Below, piece after piece: positions 28,661 through 38,235 of a stretch of DNA of 53,565 nt. The notes below the pieces were generated by a model. It saw only the letters and a list, made by a program, of their open reading frames with translations. It ran no database searches and was not told the DNA's origin. The translations under genes and the position numbers were made by a program. The stretch is taken from the sequence record DRR378314_2131, one strand, 5' to 3'. Each line of letters starts with the position of its first letter. The first letter of the stretch is position 1.

Positions 28661-28738
28661 GGTATTTCTTTCGCGATCTTGGGCGGGCAGACGCTGCGGC
28701 CGCCCCGATGTTCAATGATTGAAGAAATCTAGCTCAAA

Positions 28739-28750
28739 TTGTATACCAAT
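28739..28750. promoter_or_regulatory. GntR/FadR-type operator, copy 1
   Basis: TTGTATACCAAT (reverse complement ATTGGTATACAA), upstream of the GATase gene. Confidence 0.65.
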
Positions 28751-28798
28751 TCAATGATTTTAACTGGATAATCTACCAAAATGTGCCCCAATGAAGAT

Positions 28799-28812
28799 AT
28801 AGGTATACCTAT
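28799..28812. promoter_or_regulatory. GntR/FadR-type operator, copy 2
   Basis: Perfect 14-bp palindrome ATAGGTATACCTAT. Confidence 0.7.
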
Positions 28813-28818
28813 GAAGGA

Positions 28819-29481
28819 TCACTCTGCTTCAAAAAGAACACCGCCTTCCTCTTGGATGGCATCCAGACGCGACACGACCACTCTGAGATAGGTTTTGTGG
28901 ATCGAGGCCGTCAACTTGATATCGCCGATCTCCAGACTGCGGCGCAATATTCGGATCTCATCCTTCAAATCCTCGACTTGGACGCGCATCTCGACGCGAT
29001 CCAGCAACAAGAACCAAAAGCGCGCGGACTGATAGAATAATGTGTCGTTGATATCCTCCAGCACCGCGTTGGTGGTCAACCCATGCAGGATTTTGTGCAA
29101 GCGCAGAAGCACGCGCGCGAATTCGCGTTTGTCGTGACTATCCAGCATCGCATCGCACCGCGCTTCCAACTCGCGCATCTCGTCCAGTATGGCCGGATTC
29201 CGAGGGGACGGAGCGGAATCACCCAGCGCATCCATGAGCCTCATGCGCACGATATAGACATCGCGCATGGATTTCAGATCGATTGAGGTAACGATGGTGC
29301 CATGCCCGTGCTGGCTGGAGATCAGACCGATGTGTTCAAGCTTTTGCAGCACGGCCCGCATCGGCGTGCGGCTGACGCCAAATTCCGTTGCCAATTCCCG
29401 CTCGTTCAGGCGCGTTCCCGGCTGATAGTCAAGAAGGCAGATACGCCGGCGCATCTCGAGATAGATATCGTTCTTCGTCAT
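28819..29481 (-). CDS. GntR family regulator (FCD domain)
   Basis: PGTRLNERELATEFGVSRTPMR wHTH with a helical C-terminal domain. Confidence 0.92.
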   Translation of the reverse strand: MTKNDIYLEMRRRICLLDYQPGTRLNERELATEFGVSRTPMRAVLQKLEHIGLISSQHGHGTIVTSIDLKSMRDVYIVRMRLMDALGDSAPSPRNPAILDEMRELEARCDAMLDSHDKREFARVLLRLHKILHGLTTNAVLEDINDTLFYQSARFWFLLLDRVEMRVQVEDLKDEIRILRRSLEIGDIKLTASIHKTYLRVVVSRLDAIQEEGGVLFEAE

Positions 29482-29516
29482 GCGTTGCTCACTATCGATA
29501 ACGGGTATTCGCCAAC

Positions 29517-30482
29517 TTATGCCATCCACGTGAGAAAACTGTCCATATCAACGTTGCCGCCCGTCACCAGAGCAACGACGGTCTGCCCTTGCAAGGCGCG
29601 TTTGTTTGACACGGCTGCGGCCACTGAAACTGCGCCGCCGGGTTCGGCAACAACCTTGAGCTCTGTGAACAAAGTCCGCATTGCGGCAACAACATCTAGC
29701 TCGTTGACGGAATAGCCACCCGACAGGGTCTTCAGGTTGATTGGAAAGGTTAGCTGTCCGGGTCGCGCGGTCACGATCGAGTCGCAAATCGAGCTGTGAC
29801 CCGGCTCAATCGACAGGGCAGTTCCCGCTTCTAGAGAGCGCTTGGTATCATCAAAATTCCGGGGTTCAGCCGCCCAGATTTCAGTGTCCTCATGGCGCGC
29901 GAGCATGGCAGTAGACAGCCCGGCGATTAGCCCGCCACCTCCGGCAGGGCAAATGACTCTGTCCGCCCTTACGCCAAGCGCGTCCAATTGCTCAGCTATT
30001 TCCAGCCCAGTTGTACCTTGCCCGGCCATCAGGTCGTAATCGTCATAGGGCGGCACCAGCGTTGCGCCGGTTTTTTCGGCGATGTCCTGGGCTATTTTGG
30101 CCCGGTCACCCGTCTGTCGGTCATAGGTGATAACCTCGGCCCCCCACTGGGCGGTGTTGTCCAGCTTTATGCGGGGCGCATCTGCTGGCATCACTATCTT
30201 AGCCGAAACCCCCATCGCGTTTGCGGCAGCCGCAACGCCTTGTGCGTGGTTGCCGGATGAATATGCCACGACCCCTGCCTTGCGCTGGCCTTCGCCAAGC
30301 GACGCAATCTTGTTGTAAGCACCACGTATTTTGAACGAGCCGGTCTTTTGCAGGCAATCCGATTTGATCAGCAACCGGAACCCAAGCGCGTTGTTGAGCA
30401 GTGGAGATTCCAACAACGGGGTTCGGATCACGACATCCTGTAACCGCTCGGCAGCCTGAGTGATCATTTCAATGGTCAACAC
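29517..30482 (-). CDS. PLP-dependent threonine/serine dehydratase-like enzyme (EutB-like)
   Basis: GSFKIRGA, SSGNHAQG, GGGGL, EPGGA and TGGNVD motifs. No ACT domain. Confidence 0.88.
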   Translation of the reverse strand: MLTIEMITQAAERLQDVVIRTPLLESPLLNNALGFRLLIKSDCLQKTGSFKIRGAYNKIASLGEGQRKAGVVAYSSGNHAQGVAAAANAMGVSAKIVMPADAPRIKLDNTAQWGAEVITYDRQTGDRAKIAQDIAEKTGATLVPPYDDYDLMAGQGTTGLEIAEQLDALGVRADRVICPAGGGGLIAGLSTAMLARHEDTEIWAAEPRNFDDTKRSLEAGTALSIEPGHSSICDSIVTARPGQLTFPINLKTLSGGYSVNELDVVAAMRTLFTELKVVAEPGGAVSVAAAVSNKRALQGQTVVALVTGGNVDMDSFLTWMA

Positions 30483-30486
30483 TGCG

Positions 30487-31290
30487 TCACGTCCCCACCT
30501 GCAAAGTTGAATGAAAGCGGCGTAGAAGGGCGATCACGCTTCGGGCGGTGATGATGCCGGTAGCCGGGTTTTCAGAGCTCGGCCGGTTCTGAATAGACAT
30601 TGTGAAATCCGAGCTGTCGGAAGTTACCTCTACCGAATGTGTGTTTCGCGTCAGGGATGGATCAGCCCAGACCTCCATGCGGGTCTTGTCTGGACCAAGC
30701 CCGGCCATGCTGATCGCTGCCGCGACATTCACGTTGGCGGGGAATTCGCGTGCCACTTCGGTGACACTGCCTGCGATCACTTGTTTTGGCCCTTGAAGCG
30801 CGGTTAGATCCATGCCCAACCGCGCGACAAAAGGTGCCCTGATAAGGCTTTCGACCGGTTTGCGGGTCACTATTGTGACCGAATGAATCTGGCCGACATT
30901 CACTGCATTCAACGCGTCCAGACCCAGCATCGCACCTGATGCGACCATAATGCGGCTACCGTTTTTCGCCGCAAGAGAGATTAGGTCGTCCCGGGCAAGC
31001 AACTGGCTGGCCGAAAGCACAACCAGTTGCTTGCCTGCCCGCAAAACCGGGTCAGCCAGATCGCCGAACAATGCGGGGGGGAGAGCTTCGATCACACAAT
31101 CACAGGTCAAGGCCAACGTTCCGAAATCCACTACATGCGCCGGATGTTTCAGAGTATCATTCAGGGCAGCCGCCTTTTCGCTGGTTCGCGCCGCCAGACC
31201 ACCCAGCGCACATCCTGGAACTTCACCGTTGTCCAATGCGCGTGCAACCGCCGCACCGACAGCTCCGATACCGGCAACTCCAATTCTCAT
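30487..31290 (-). CDS. Aspartate dehydrogenase-like protein (NadX family)
   Basis: GIGAVG, SGAMLGLD, FPANVNVAAA and NTHSVEV motifs. Confidence 0.85.
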   Translation of the reverse strand: MRIGVAGIGAVGAAVARALDNGEVPGCALGGLAARTSEKAAALNDTLKHPAHVVDFGTLALTCDCVIEALPPALFGDLADPVLRAGKQLVVLSASQLLARDDLISLAAKNGSRIMVASGAMLGLDALNAVNVGQIHSVTIVTRKPVESLIRAPFVARLGMDLTALQGPKQVIAGSVTEVAREFPANVNVAAAISMAGLGPDKTRMEVWADPSLTRNTHSVEVTSDSSDFTMSIQNRPSSENPATGIITARSVIALLRRFHSTLQVGT

Positions 31291-31350
31291 AACAGGTCTT
31301 TCTTTGGTGGCGGTTCCTCGGGAACCGTATCATGACGTCAGGTGCAAGGC

Positions 31351-32166
31351 TCAATCCGCCGCTTTTACTGCTGACAGGAATTGCTGTGTGCGTTCGCGTT
31401 TGGGATTGCCGAACAGATCCTCCGGAGGACCCTGTTCTTCGATCTTCCCTTGGTAGAAGAAACAAACGCGATCTGAAATGTCACGCGCAAAGCCCATCTG
31501 GTGTGTCACCATCAACATGGTGAGGTTGTGCTCGGCCACCAGTTTGCGGATGACGCCGGTCACTTCACCGATTACCTCGGGGTCAAGCGCCGAGGTGACT
31601 TCATCAAACAGCATCACCTTTGGGCGCATGGCCAACGCCCGGGCGATAGCAACACGTTGTTGCTGACCACCCGACAGGCGCGAAGGATGCTGGTCCTTCT
31701 TGTCGATCATACCGACCATCGACAACAATTCTTCGGACCGTTCTCGGGCCTCAGCCGTTGGCAAACCCAGCACCTGCACAGGCCCTTCCATGCAGTTCTG
31801 TAGGGCGGTCATATGTGGAAACAGGTTGAAATGCTGGAAACACATGCCGATTGAGGACCGGGCCCGGCGCAGGTATTTCGCGTCCGCCGGCACCAGAACC
31901 CCGTTCTTTTCCATATGGGTAAGCGGTTTGCCGTCGACATAGATCACACCACCATTGATGGTTTCCAAAGTCATCAGCATGCGCAGAACGGTGGTTTTGC
32001 CCGATCCGGACGGGCCGATCACGGTGACCATCTCACCCTCCGACACGTCCAGATGCAGACTGTCCAGTACGGTCAGGGCACCATAGCTTTTGGTTACGTT
32101 CATGAACCGCACCATTGGCACATCGGGCCCACTTAACTCAGTTGGGTATTGAGACATATCTTCCAT
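31351..32166 (-). CDS. ehuA: Ectoine/hydroxyectoine-type ABC transporter ATP-binding protein
   Basis: GPSGSGKTTVLRMLMTLE, LSGGQQQ and MLFDEVTSALDPE motifs. Confidence 0.88.
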   Translation of the reverse strand: MEDMSQYPTELSGPDVPMVRFMNVTKSYGALTVLDSLHLDVSEGEMVTVIGPSGSGKTTVLRMLMTLETINGGVIYVDGKPLTHMEKNGVLVPADAKYLRRARSSIGMCFQHFNLFPHMTALQNCMEGPVQVLGLPTAEARERSEELLSMVGMIDKKDQHPSRLSGGQQQRVAIARALAMRPKVMLFDEVTSALDPEVIGEVTGVIRKLVAEHNLTMLMVTHQMGFARDISDRVCFFYQGKIEEQGPPEDLFGNPKRERTQQFLSAVKAAD

Positions 32167-32834
32167 CAGTTCATTCCCAGTTTCTTGCGCACCCAGGCCT
32201 CAAAGAGTTTGATCAACCCGGCTGCGGGCAGTGAAATCGCCAGGAAGATGATCCCGACCATGGTATAGGGTTCCAAATACCTGTAAGTTGACCCACCAAT
32301 GGCATTCGCCGCCTGCATCAGCTCGGCCACGCCGATAACCGACAGCATCGGTGTGTCCTTGAATATCCCAACCAGGTAATTGCCCATCCCAGCCATTGAG
32401 GGCGGCAGGGCTTGGGGGATGATAACGCGAAAATAGGTCTTGGTCGTGCTCAGGTTCAGTGCGGTGCAAGCCTCCCACTGTCCTTTCGGCACCGACTCGA
32501 GGCCGCCGCGATAAACCTCGGACAGGTAGGCCGAATAATGCAGCCCGATGGCGATCATCCCTGCCACCCAGGGGCTGAGGCGTATCCCGAATTGCGGGCC
32601 GACAAAGAACACAAAGAAAATCTGCAGCACCAGCGGCGTCGATCGGATGAATTCGACACATTCCCGCACCACCATTGTGACGATGCGCGACGGTGTGCGT
32701 TGCGCCAGTGCAAAAACCAGCCCCAGTACCACTGCGATCCCATAGCCGATTCCGGCAGCGGCCAGCGTGTTCAGCGTGGCCTGTAAAAGCCGGGGAAGAA
32801 TTTCAAAGGTAAAATCCCAACGCCAGTCAAACAT
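32166..32834 (-). CDS. ehuD: Ectoine-type ABC transporter permease
   Basis: WRWDFTFEILP, IRSTPL, GLHYSAYLSEVYR and FKDTP motifs. Confidence 0.85.
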   Translation of the reverse strand: MFDWRWDFTFEILPRLLQATLNTLAAAGIGYGIAVVLGLVFALAQRTPSRIVTMVVRECVEFIRSTPLVLQIFFVFFVGPQFGIRLSPWVAGMIAIGLHYSAYLSEVYRGGLESVPKGQWEACTALNLSTTKTYFRVIIPQALPPSMAGMGNYLVGIFKDTPMLSVIGVAELMQAANAIGGSTYRYLEPYTMVGIIFLAISLPAAGLIKLFEAWVRKKLGMN

Positions 32835-32837
32835 AGC

Positions 32838-33503
32838 TTACGCCCTCCCCAATTTGCGTGCCATGAAGCGTTCGAGCCACCGCATGAACGGCGTCACGAT
32901 CAGCCGCGCAAGAATGTAGTAAATTATCAGTGCTGTCCCGAAAGCCTGCGCTGACAGGAAGGTGGAGCCGTTTATTTGCTTGGCTTCGAACATCAGGTCA
33001 GTAACCGAAATCAACGACACCAGCGCGGTCGCCTTCAGCAGTTCGATCATCAGGTTGCCCCAAGGCGGCAGCATGTTCAAAAACGCCTGTGGCAGGATGA
33101 TCCGATACATCCGTTTGGCCGGAGACATCGAGATCGCATAAGCCGCTTCCCACTGCCCTTTGGGCACCGACTGAATGCCGCCACGCACGAGTTCGGCACC
33201 ATAGGCCCCGAGGTTCAGCCCGACCGCAATGAAACCGGCAAAGAACTTGTCCAGCGTCAATCCGAACAGCGGCAGGACAAAGAAAATCCAATAAAGCTGC
33301 ACTAAAAGAGACGTGCCCCGGAAGATTTCAATGTAAACGCCGGCCGTCCAGCGCACCGCAATATTCCGTGACAGTTTCATCAACCCTGCGGTCAGAGCGA
33401 GCACAATGGCAAGCGCTGCCGACAGAAAAAACTGCGCGATTGTGACCAGCGTTCCGTCCAGAAAACGCGGCGCGTTTTCGGCGAGAAATTCCCAATATGA
33501 CAT
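32838..33503 (-). CDS. ehuC: Ectoine-type ABC transporter permease
   Basis: FRGTSLLVQL, GLNLGAYGAELVRG and IELLKATALVS motifs. Confidence 0.85.
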   Translation of the reverse strand: MSYWEFLAENAPRFLDGTLVTIAQFFLSAALAIVLALTAGLMKLSRNIAVRWTAGVYIEIFRGTSLLVQLYWIFFVLPLFGLTLDKFFAGFIAVGLNLGAYGAELVRGGIQSVPKGQWEAAYAISMSPAKRMYRIILPQAFLNMLPPWGNLMIELLKATALVSLISVTDLMFEAKQINGSTFLSAQAFGTALIIYYILARLIVTPFMRWLERFMARKLGRA

Positions 33504-33568
33504 GACGTATCCCGGATGGCGGACGTAAAAGGCGGGCCGAACCTGACCCGCCTGCTAAAGCAATGCCG

Positions 33569-34414
33569 TCAACGGTTCTGGCAAATCCATTCGGTTTTCA
33601 CGCTTGGATCCGGAACCTGAAATTCAGTGTATTCGTATGGCGCAACGGCGGCCAACATCTCTTCTGAACCCAAGTACTCTGCCTGCGCGGCATTGAAGGC
33701 CTCAAGAAAGTCGCTGTCTTCCGGGCGGAAACCGATACCAACCCAGTTCTGGGTCCATTCGGGCAACGCGTTAGGATCGGTGACCTCAAGCTCGCCATCG
33801 GATTGGGCCGCCAGGTTTTGCGCCGTGAAGAACGTCATAGCACCTGCGTCAGCACGACCAACACGCATTGCGGCTAGCACCTCAGTTGGCCCGGGCACTT
33901 CGAGGATCTGCTCGGCTGCCACGCCTTCGCGTTTGGCGGCATCAACCGTGTTGTAACCGGCGCCAGTGACCATCGTGGCCCCCTGATCTTTGATGTCAGC
34001 ATAAGAGGTGATGTTCTTCGGGTTGCCAGCGGGAACCACAAAGGCATCGCCAAAAATCCCCATCGGCTCGGAGAAATCAATGCTCTCACAACGCGCTTCA
34101 AGAATGTACATGCCACCCGTGATGATATCAAAGCGATTGGCTTTGAGGCCCGGGATCAATCCACCCCAATCTGTCACGACGGGCTCGATGTTGTCGTAGC
34201 CCATTGCCTTCAGGACACCCAGCGTGTGTACGTTTGCAAATCCAAGTGGTGCGTCGTTGTCGCCGGGGTAAGACCACGGCACTTCATTGGAGAAACCAAT
34301 CCGAATGGTCTCACCACTTTCGATACGATCCATGAGTGGACCCGCCAGCGCCGATGTCGCGACACCCACAATGGTTGTCGCGGCGATAATAGTGGTTCTT
34401 AGTATTTGGCTCAT
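33569..34414 (-). CDS. ehuB: Ectoine-type ABC transporter substrate-binding protein
   Basis: Signal peptide, IGFSNEVPW, WGGLIPGL, GGMYI and GNPKNI motifs. Gene order ehuB-C-D-A. Confidence 0.8.
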   Translation of the reverse strand: MSQILRTTIIAATTIVGVATSALAGPLMDRIESGETIRIGFSNEVPWSYPGDNDAPLGFANVHTLGVLKAMGYDNIEPVVTDWGGLIPGLKANRFDIITGGMYILEARCESIDFSEPMGIFGDAFVVPAGNPKNITSYADIKDQGATMVTGAGYNTVDAAKREGVAAEQILEVPGPTEVLAAMRVGRADAGAMTFFTAQNLAAQSDGELEVTDPNALPEWTQNWVGIGFRPEDSDFLEAFNAAQAEYLGSEEMLAAVAPYEYTEFQVPDPSVKTEWICQNR

Positions 34415-34450
34415 TGGTCTCTCCCTGATTGATTCTCTGATCTACGGCGT

Positions 34451-34463
34451 ATTGGTATACCTT
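34451..34463. promoter_or_regulatory. GntR/FadR-type operator, copy 3
   Basis: ATTGGTATACCTT, 36 nt upstream of ehuB. Confidence 0.7.
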
Positions 34464-34546
34464 TTTGGGAAGCTCCTCAACATAAATTTGCAATTTCGCA
34501 AAAATATCCCAATAATTAGGGGCCTATCATGAACAGCGCCAGCCTC

Positions 34547-34575
34547 TTGACTTATCATTGGTATACCTTAACAGT
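34547..34575 (+). promoter_or_regulatory. Probable sigma70 promoter containing GntR operator copy 4
   Basis: TTGACT (-35, 34547-34552) followed by ATTGGTATACCTT (34557-34569) in the spacer. Confidence 0.65.
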
Positions 34576-34612
34576 CGACGCAGTGGAATCAATCTCAGTT
34601 AGGAGACACCGA

Positions 34613-35770
34613 ATGATCGAACACGCCCCGTTCCCAAAAGAGGAGCTGGACCACCGACTCAACCGTGTAAAAACCGTCCTGTCCGAGCAGAATCTGGACG
34701 GGATCGTTATCTCGGTGCCCGAAAACATCTATTATCTGACCGGTTTGGACCACTGGGGGTTCTTTGCTGCCCATGTTCTCGTTGTGAACCGAGATGGCGA
34801 GATGGCGCTGATCTGCCGGGCCATGGAAAAGATCACGTTTGACAATCAGGTGAGAAACGCCCGGTTCTATGGTCATCAGGATCACGAAGAGCTTTCTGAC
34901 TACGTGGTACAGGCGATGAAGGACCTAGGCCTGTCCGGTGGTCGCGTCGCGCTCGAAAGGCGCAGCCTGTTCTTGCACCTGCATCATGCCGAAGGGATAT
35001 TGGCAAAGGCGGAGGGCGTCGAATGGGCGGACGGATCCGGTCTGGTCGACAACCTGCGACAGGCAAAATCCCCGCTGGAAATCGAATACACACGCAAGGC
35101 CGCCAAGGCCGCAGATGTCGGCATGAGCGCTTGCATTGACCTGATCCGCGACGGCGCGACAGATTATGAGATTGCCGCGGAGTACATGCGCGCCTCGACT
35201 CTGGCGGGTAGTGAGCCGACCGGCTTTGGCCCGTTCATTCGTCCAGCCACACGCTCGGGCGAAGAGCATACGACCTGGCGTGGCGAAACCTTCCGAACTG
35301 GTGACGCGGTGTTTCTGGAAAATGCCGCATCCTATCGCAAATATCACGCGCCTATGGGCCGGTTGGTCTTTGTGGGCAGCGCGCCGGAGGGGGCTGAGAA
35401 ATCGGCAGAGCTGGCCATGGACGGCATGAAGGCAATCTGCAGTGCATTGAAAGTAGGCGGCAAGGCCGGGGAGGCATACGCCGCCTGGCGCGAGGTAGCC
35501 GCAAGCGGCGGCTTGGCAGACTACGAACGGCATCATTGCGGTTATATGGTGGGCATCGGATTCTCACCCAGTTGGACAGGTGGGTCCATGGTAACCAGCC
35601 TCTTCCCCGGGTCAGAACGCACGCTGGAGGTCGGCATGGTGTTCCACGCCCACAGCTGGTTCACAGACACCGACGTCGTCGACTACTTCATCTCGAACAC
35701 GGTCATTCTCACCGAAGATGGTGCCGAAGTGCTGACCGCCACAACACCTGAAAGCCTTGTCATAAAGTGA
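34613..35770 (+). CDS. M24-fold hydrolase, DoeA/EutD (ectoine hydrolase)-like
   Basis: ENIYYLTG, KSPLEI, FLENAASYRKYHAPMGR and GMVFH motifs. Lacks the prolidase metal ligands, as DoeA does. AGGAG RBS. Confidence 0.75.
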   Translation: MIEHAPFPKEELDHRLNRVKTVLSEQNLDGIVISVPENIYYLTGLDHWGFFAAHVLVVNRDGEMALICRAMEKITFDNQVRNARFYGHQDHEELSDYVVQAMKDLGLSGGRVALERRSLFLHLHHAEGILAKAEGVEWADGSGLVDNLRQAKSPLEIEYTRKAAKAADVGMSACIDLIRDGATDYEIAAEYMRASTLAGSEPTGFGPFIRPATRSGEEHTTWRGETFRTGDAVFLENAASYRKYHAPMGRLVFVGSAPEGAEKSAELAMDGMKAICSALKVGGKAGEAYAAWREVAASGGLADYERHHCGYMVGIGFSPSWTGGSMVTSLFPGSERTLEVGMVFHAHSWFTDTDVVDYFISNTVILTEDGAEVLTATTPESLVIK

Positions 35771-36600
35771 TGACACGCACCGAAAGGCACACAATGCTGA
35801 CGCAAGAACACATGACCGCTTATCGAAACGATGGCGTGGTTCAGATCAAAAACGCATTTTCGCAGGAATGGTTGGACGAAGTGCGAAGTTCGATTGAATT
35901 TGGTCGCGCCAATCCGGGGCCGATGTATCTGGACTATTCCAAAGACACCAATCCGGGCACCTACTGCACAGACATGTGGATCTGGCGCGAAAATGCCCAC
36001 ATGAAGAATTTCATTTTCAATTCTCCAGCGGCAGAACTTGCAGGCGAAGCGATGGAGGCCAGTTCCGTTGCACTCGTGACTGACAATTGGCTGGTGCGCG
36101 AGGCCGGCGCGGTCAACAGAGCGCCCTGGCACCATGACAACCCCTATTTCGATGTCAGCGGCGAATGGTGTGTACTGTGGATGGGACTTGAACCCGTTCG
36201 TCAGGGTGAGGGCGTGGTCTTCCTCAAGGGTTCGCACAAATGGGGGCGCAGATTCATGCCTCTCAGCTTTGCCGGCACCGGACAAAAGGCAGCACTACAG
36301 GAACCCTATGAGCCCACACCGGACTTCACTGAAAATCTGGATGATTATGACGTGCTGGAATTTGATCTGGACCCCGGTGATTGCCTGATCTTCGATTCCC
36401 ATACATTGCATGGCGCCCCCAACCCTGTACCGCCTGAACGTACCGTCAACCGTCTGACAATGCGCTTCGCCCACGGGAATGCAGCGTTTGAAAAACGAGG
36501 CAGTTGGACCGACGCGCAGACAGAATACTGGCAGGCTCATGGAATGAAGGAAGGTGAACCCATTGTAGGCGAACTGCTGCCGCTTGTGTGGAGCCGGTAG
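35770..36600 (+). CDS. PhyH-family Fe(II)/2-oxoglutarate dioxygenase
   Basis: PWHHD (HxD), GSHKWG, PGDCLIF and TLHGA motifs. ATG 35794 is an alternative start. Confidence 0.88.
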   Translation: MTRTERHTMLTQEHMTAYRNDGVVQIKNAFSQEWLDEVRSSIEFGRANPGPMYLDYSKDTNPGTYCTDMWIWRENAHMKNFIFNSPAAELAGEAMEASSVALVTDNWLVREAGAVNRAPWHHDNPYFDVSGEWCVLWMGLEPVRQGEGVVFLKGSHKWGRRFMPLSFAGTGQKAALQEPYEPTPDFTENLDDYDVLEFDLDPGDCLIFDSHTLHGAPNPVPPERTVNRLTMRFAHGNAAFEKRGSWTDAQTEYWQAHGMKEGEPIVGELLPLVWSR

Positions 36601-36705
36601 CTGTATTTGAACGAACATCAGTCGCAAAGGTTTCGATGGTTGAATATGCCACTGAGCTAGTAGCCAACGAAACGGCACAACTCCAGCTCTAGAAGGTCTC
36701 TCCTC

Positions 36706-37944
36706 ATGGTCCTGGCGCTACTCAAATACGGTCTCTCTCGACGCTATCCGGTGCGTGAGGAGATTCCCCGAACCCCTGATCTGAAAAAACACTACGACGT
36801 CGTGATCATAGGTGGCGGCGGTCACGGAGTGTCGCTTGCCTATCATCTGGCGACGAAACACGGCATAACAAATATTGCCATTCTGGAAAAAGGCTACCTG
36901 GGCGGCGGCAACACAGCGCGCAATACCACGGTGATCCGCTCCAACTACATCACCTCGCAGTCAATCAAGTTCTATGCCGCTTCTATGCGGCTCTATGAAA
37001 GCCTGGCCAACGAGCTGGACTACAACCTGATGTACTCCCGCCGGGGTCAGCTGACCCTGTCTCATTCCGATGGCGTTTCGCAGGCGCTGCGCCTACGGGC
37101 GGACAGTGGCACATTTCTGGGTGAACGCAACGAAATCCTGGATCGTCAGCAGATCAAAGAGCTGGTGCCCAGTCTAAACCTGGATATTGAAGGTCGCCCA
37201 ATCCTCAAAGGTTTGTGGCACCCGGATGCTGCCACCGCGCGGCACGACGCGGTTGCTTGGGGATATGCCATCCGTGCTTGTGACCGCGGTGTGGAATTGC
37301 ACCAGAAAACTCAGGTGACTGGTCTGACAGTGGACAGGAATAAGGTCACAGAAGTGCAGACCAATCGTGGCAATGTCTCGGCTGGGGCTGTGGTGCAATG
37401 TGTGGCCGGGCATTCCTCGGTTGTGGCTGCCATGGCCGGGCTACGCTTGCCGATCCGCAGCTTCCCGCTGCAGGCCATGGTGACCCACCCGGTGAAACCC
37501 TTCCTAAACCCGATGGTCTCCTCCACTGCGCTGCATTGCTATATTTCGCAATCCGCCCGTGGCGAGCTGGTGATTGGCGGGGGTTCTGATCCTTATGAGC
37601 TCTACAACACTCGCTCAACGCTGGACATGAAGGAAAGTCTGGCGGCCTCCGCGCTGGAGATGTTTCCCTTCATTGGGGATCTGAAAATTCTGCGTCAATG
37701 GGCGGGTATCACCGACATGACGCCGGATTACAGCCCGGTCATGGGACGTTCGCCATTGGACAACTACTGGCTGGATGCGGGCTGGGGCACATGGGGATTC
37801 AAGTCGACCCCCGCCAGCGGTTTCTATCTGGCACAGGCAATTGCTGAAGACCGGGTGCCGGAAATGATCCATCCCTTCCGCCTTGATCGTTTCGACACTT
37901 TTGACCTGGTTAATGAAATGGGTGCCACAGCGGCCAGCCACTAA
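36706..37944 (+). CDS. soxB: Heterotetrameric sarcosine oxidase / N-methylglutamate dehydrogenase-type beta subunit
   Basis: GGGGHG, GNTARNTTVIRSNY, ARHDAVAWG and GWGTWGFK motifs. Confidence 0.88.
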   Translation: MVLALLKYGLSRRYPVREEIPRTPDLKKHYDVVIIGGGGHGVSLAYHLATKHGITNIAILEKGYLGGGNTARNTTVIRSNYITSQSIKFYAASMRLYESLANELDYNLMYSRRGQLTLSHSDGVSQALRLRADSGTFLGERNEILDRQQIKELVPSLNLDIEGRPILKGLWHPDAATARHDAVAWGYAIRACDRGVELHQKTQVTGLTVDRNKVTEVQTNRGNVSAGAVVQCVAGHSSVVAAMAGLRLPIRSFPLQAMVTHPVKPFLNPMVSSTALHCYISQSARGELVIGGGSDPYELYNTRSTLDMKESLAASALEMFPFIGDLKILRQWAGITDMTPDYSPVMGRSPLDNYWLDAGWGTWGFKSTPASGFYLAQAIAEDRVPEMIHPFRLDRFDTFDLVNEMGATAASH

Positions 37945-37956
37945 GGGACAACGCAA

Positions 37957-38235
37957 TTGAAAATCATGCACTGTCCGTTGAACGGACCCCGCAACATTTC
38001 CGAATTCATTTGTTACGGCGAATTCCACAACCATCCCGACCCGGACAAGACTTCCGACAAGGATTGGGCCGAGTACGTCTGGCTCGCCAATAACGCCGCT
38101 GGCGTAGTGCGCGAATGGTGGTGCCATACGCCGACCAACTACTGGTTCATTGCCGAACGTAACACCGTGACAGACGAAATCCTTCGAACCTATCCATCCG
38201 AGGACCTTCGCCCATCCGAGGAACTCCGATCATGA
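37957..38235 (+). CDS. soxD: Sarcosine oxidase/Mgd-type delta subunit
   Basis: CPLNGPRNISEF, EWWCH and ERNTVTDEI motifs. Confidence 0.88.
   Translation: MKIMHCPLNGPRNISEFICYGEFHNHPDPDKTSDKDWAEYVWLANNAAGVVREWWCHTPTNYWFIAERNTVTDEILRTYPSEDLRPSEELRS

Noticed and set aside
34613-35770. Creatinase (which would pair with sarcosine oxidase) or Xaa-Pro peptidase
   Set aside because: The prolidase metal ligands are absent, and the C-terminal motifs resemble DoeA more than the creatinase GYGHSFG segment as I recall it. Not formally excluded without a phylogeny.
35770-36600. Ectoine hydroxylase EctD, suggested by the ehu neighbourhood
   Set aside because: It lacks the EctD signature FxWHSDFETWHxEDG and has PWHHDNPY instead.
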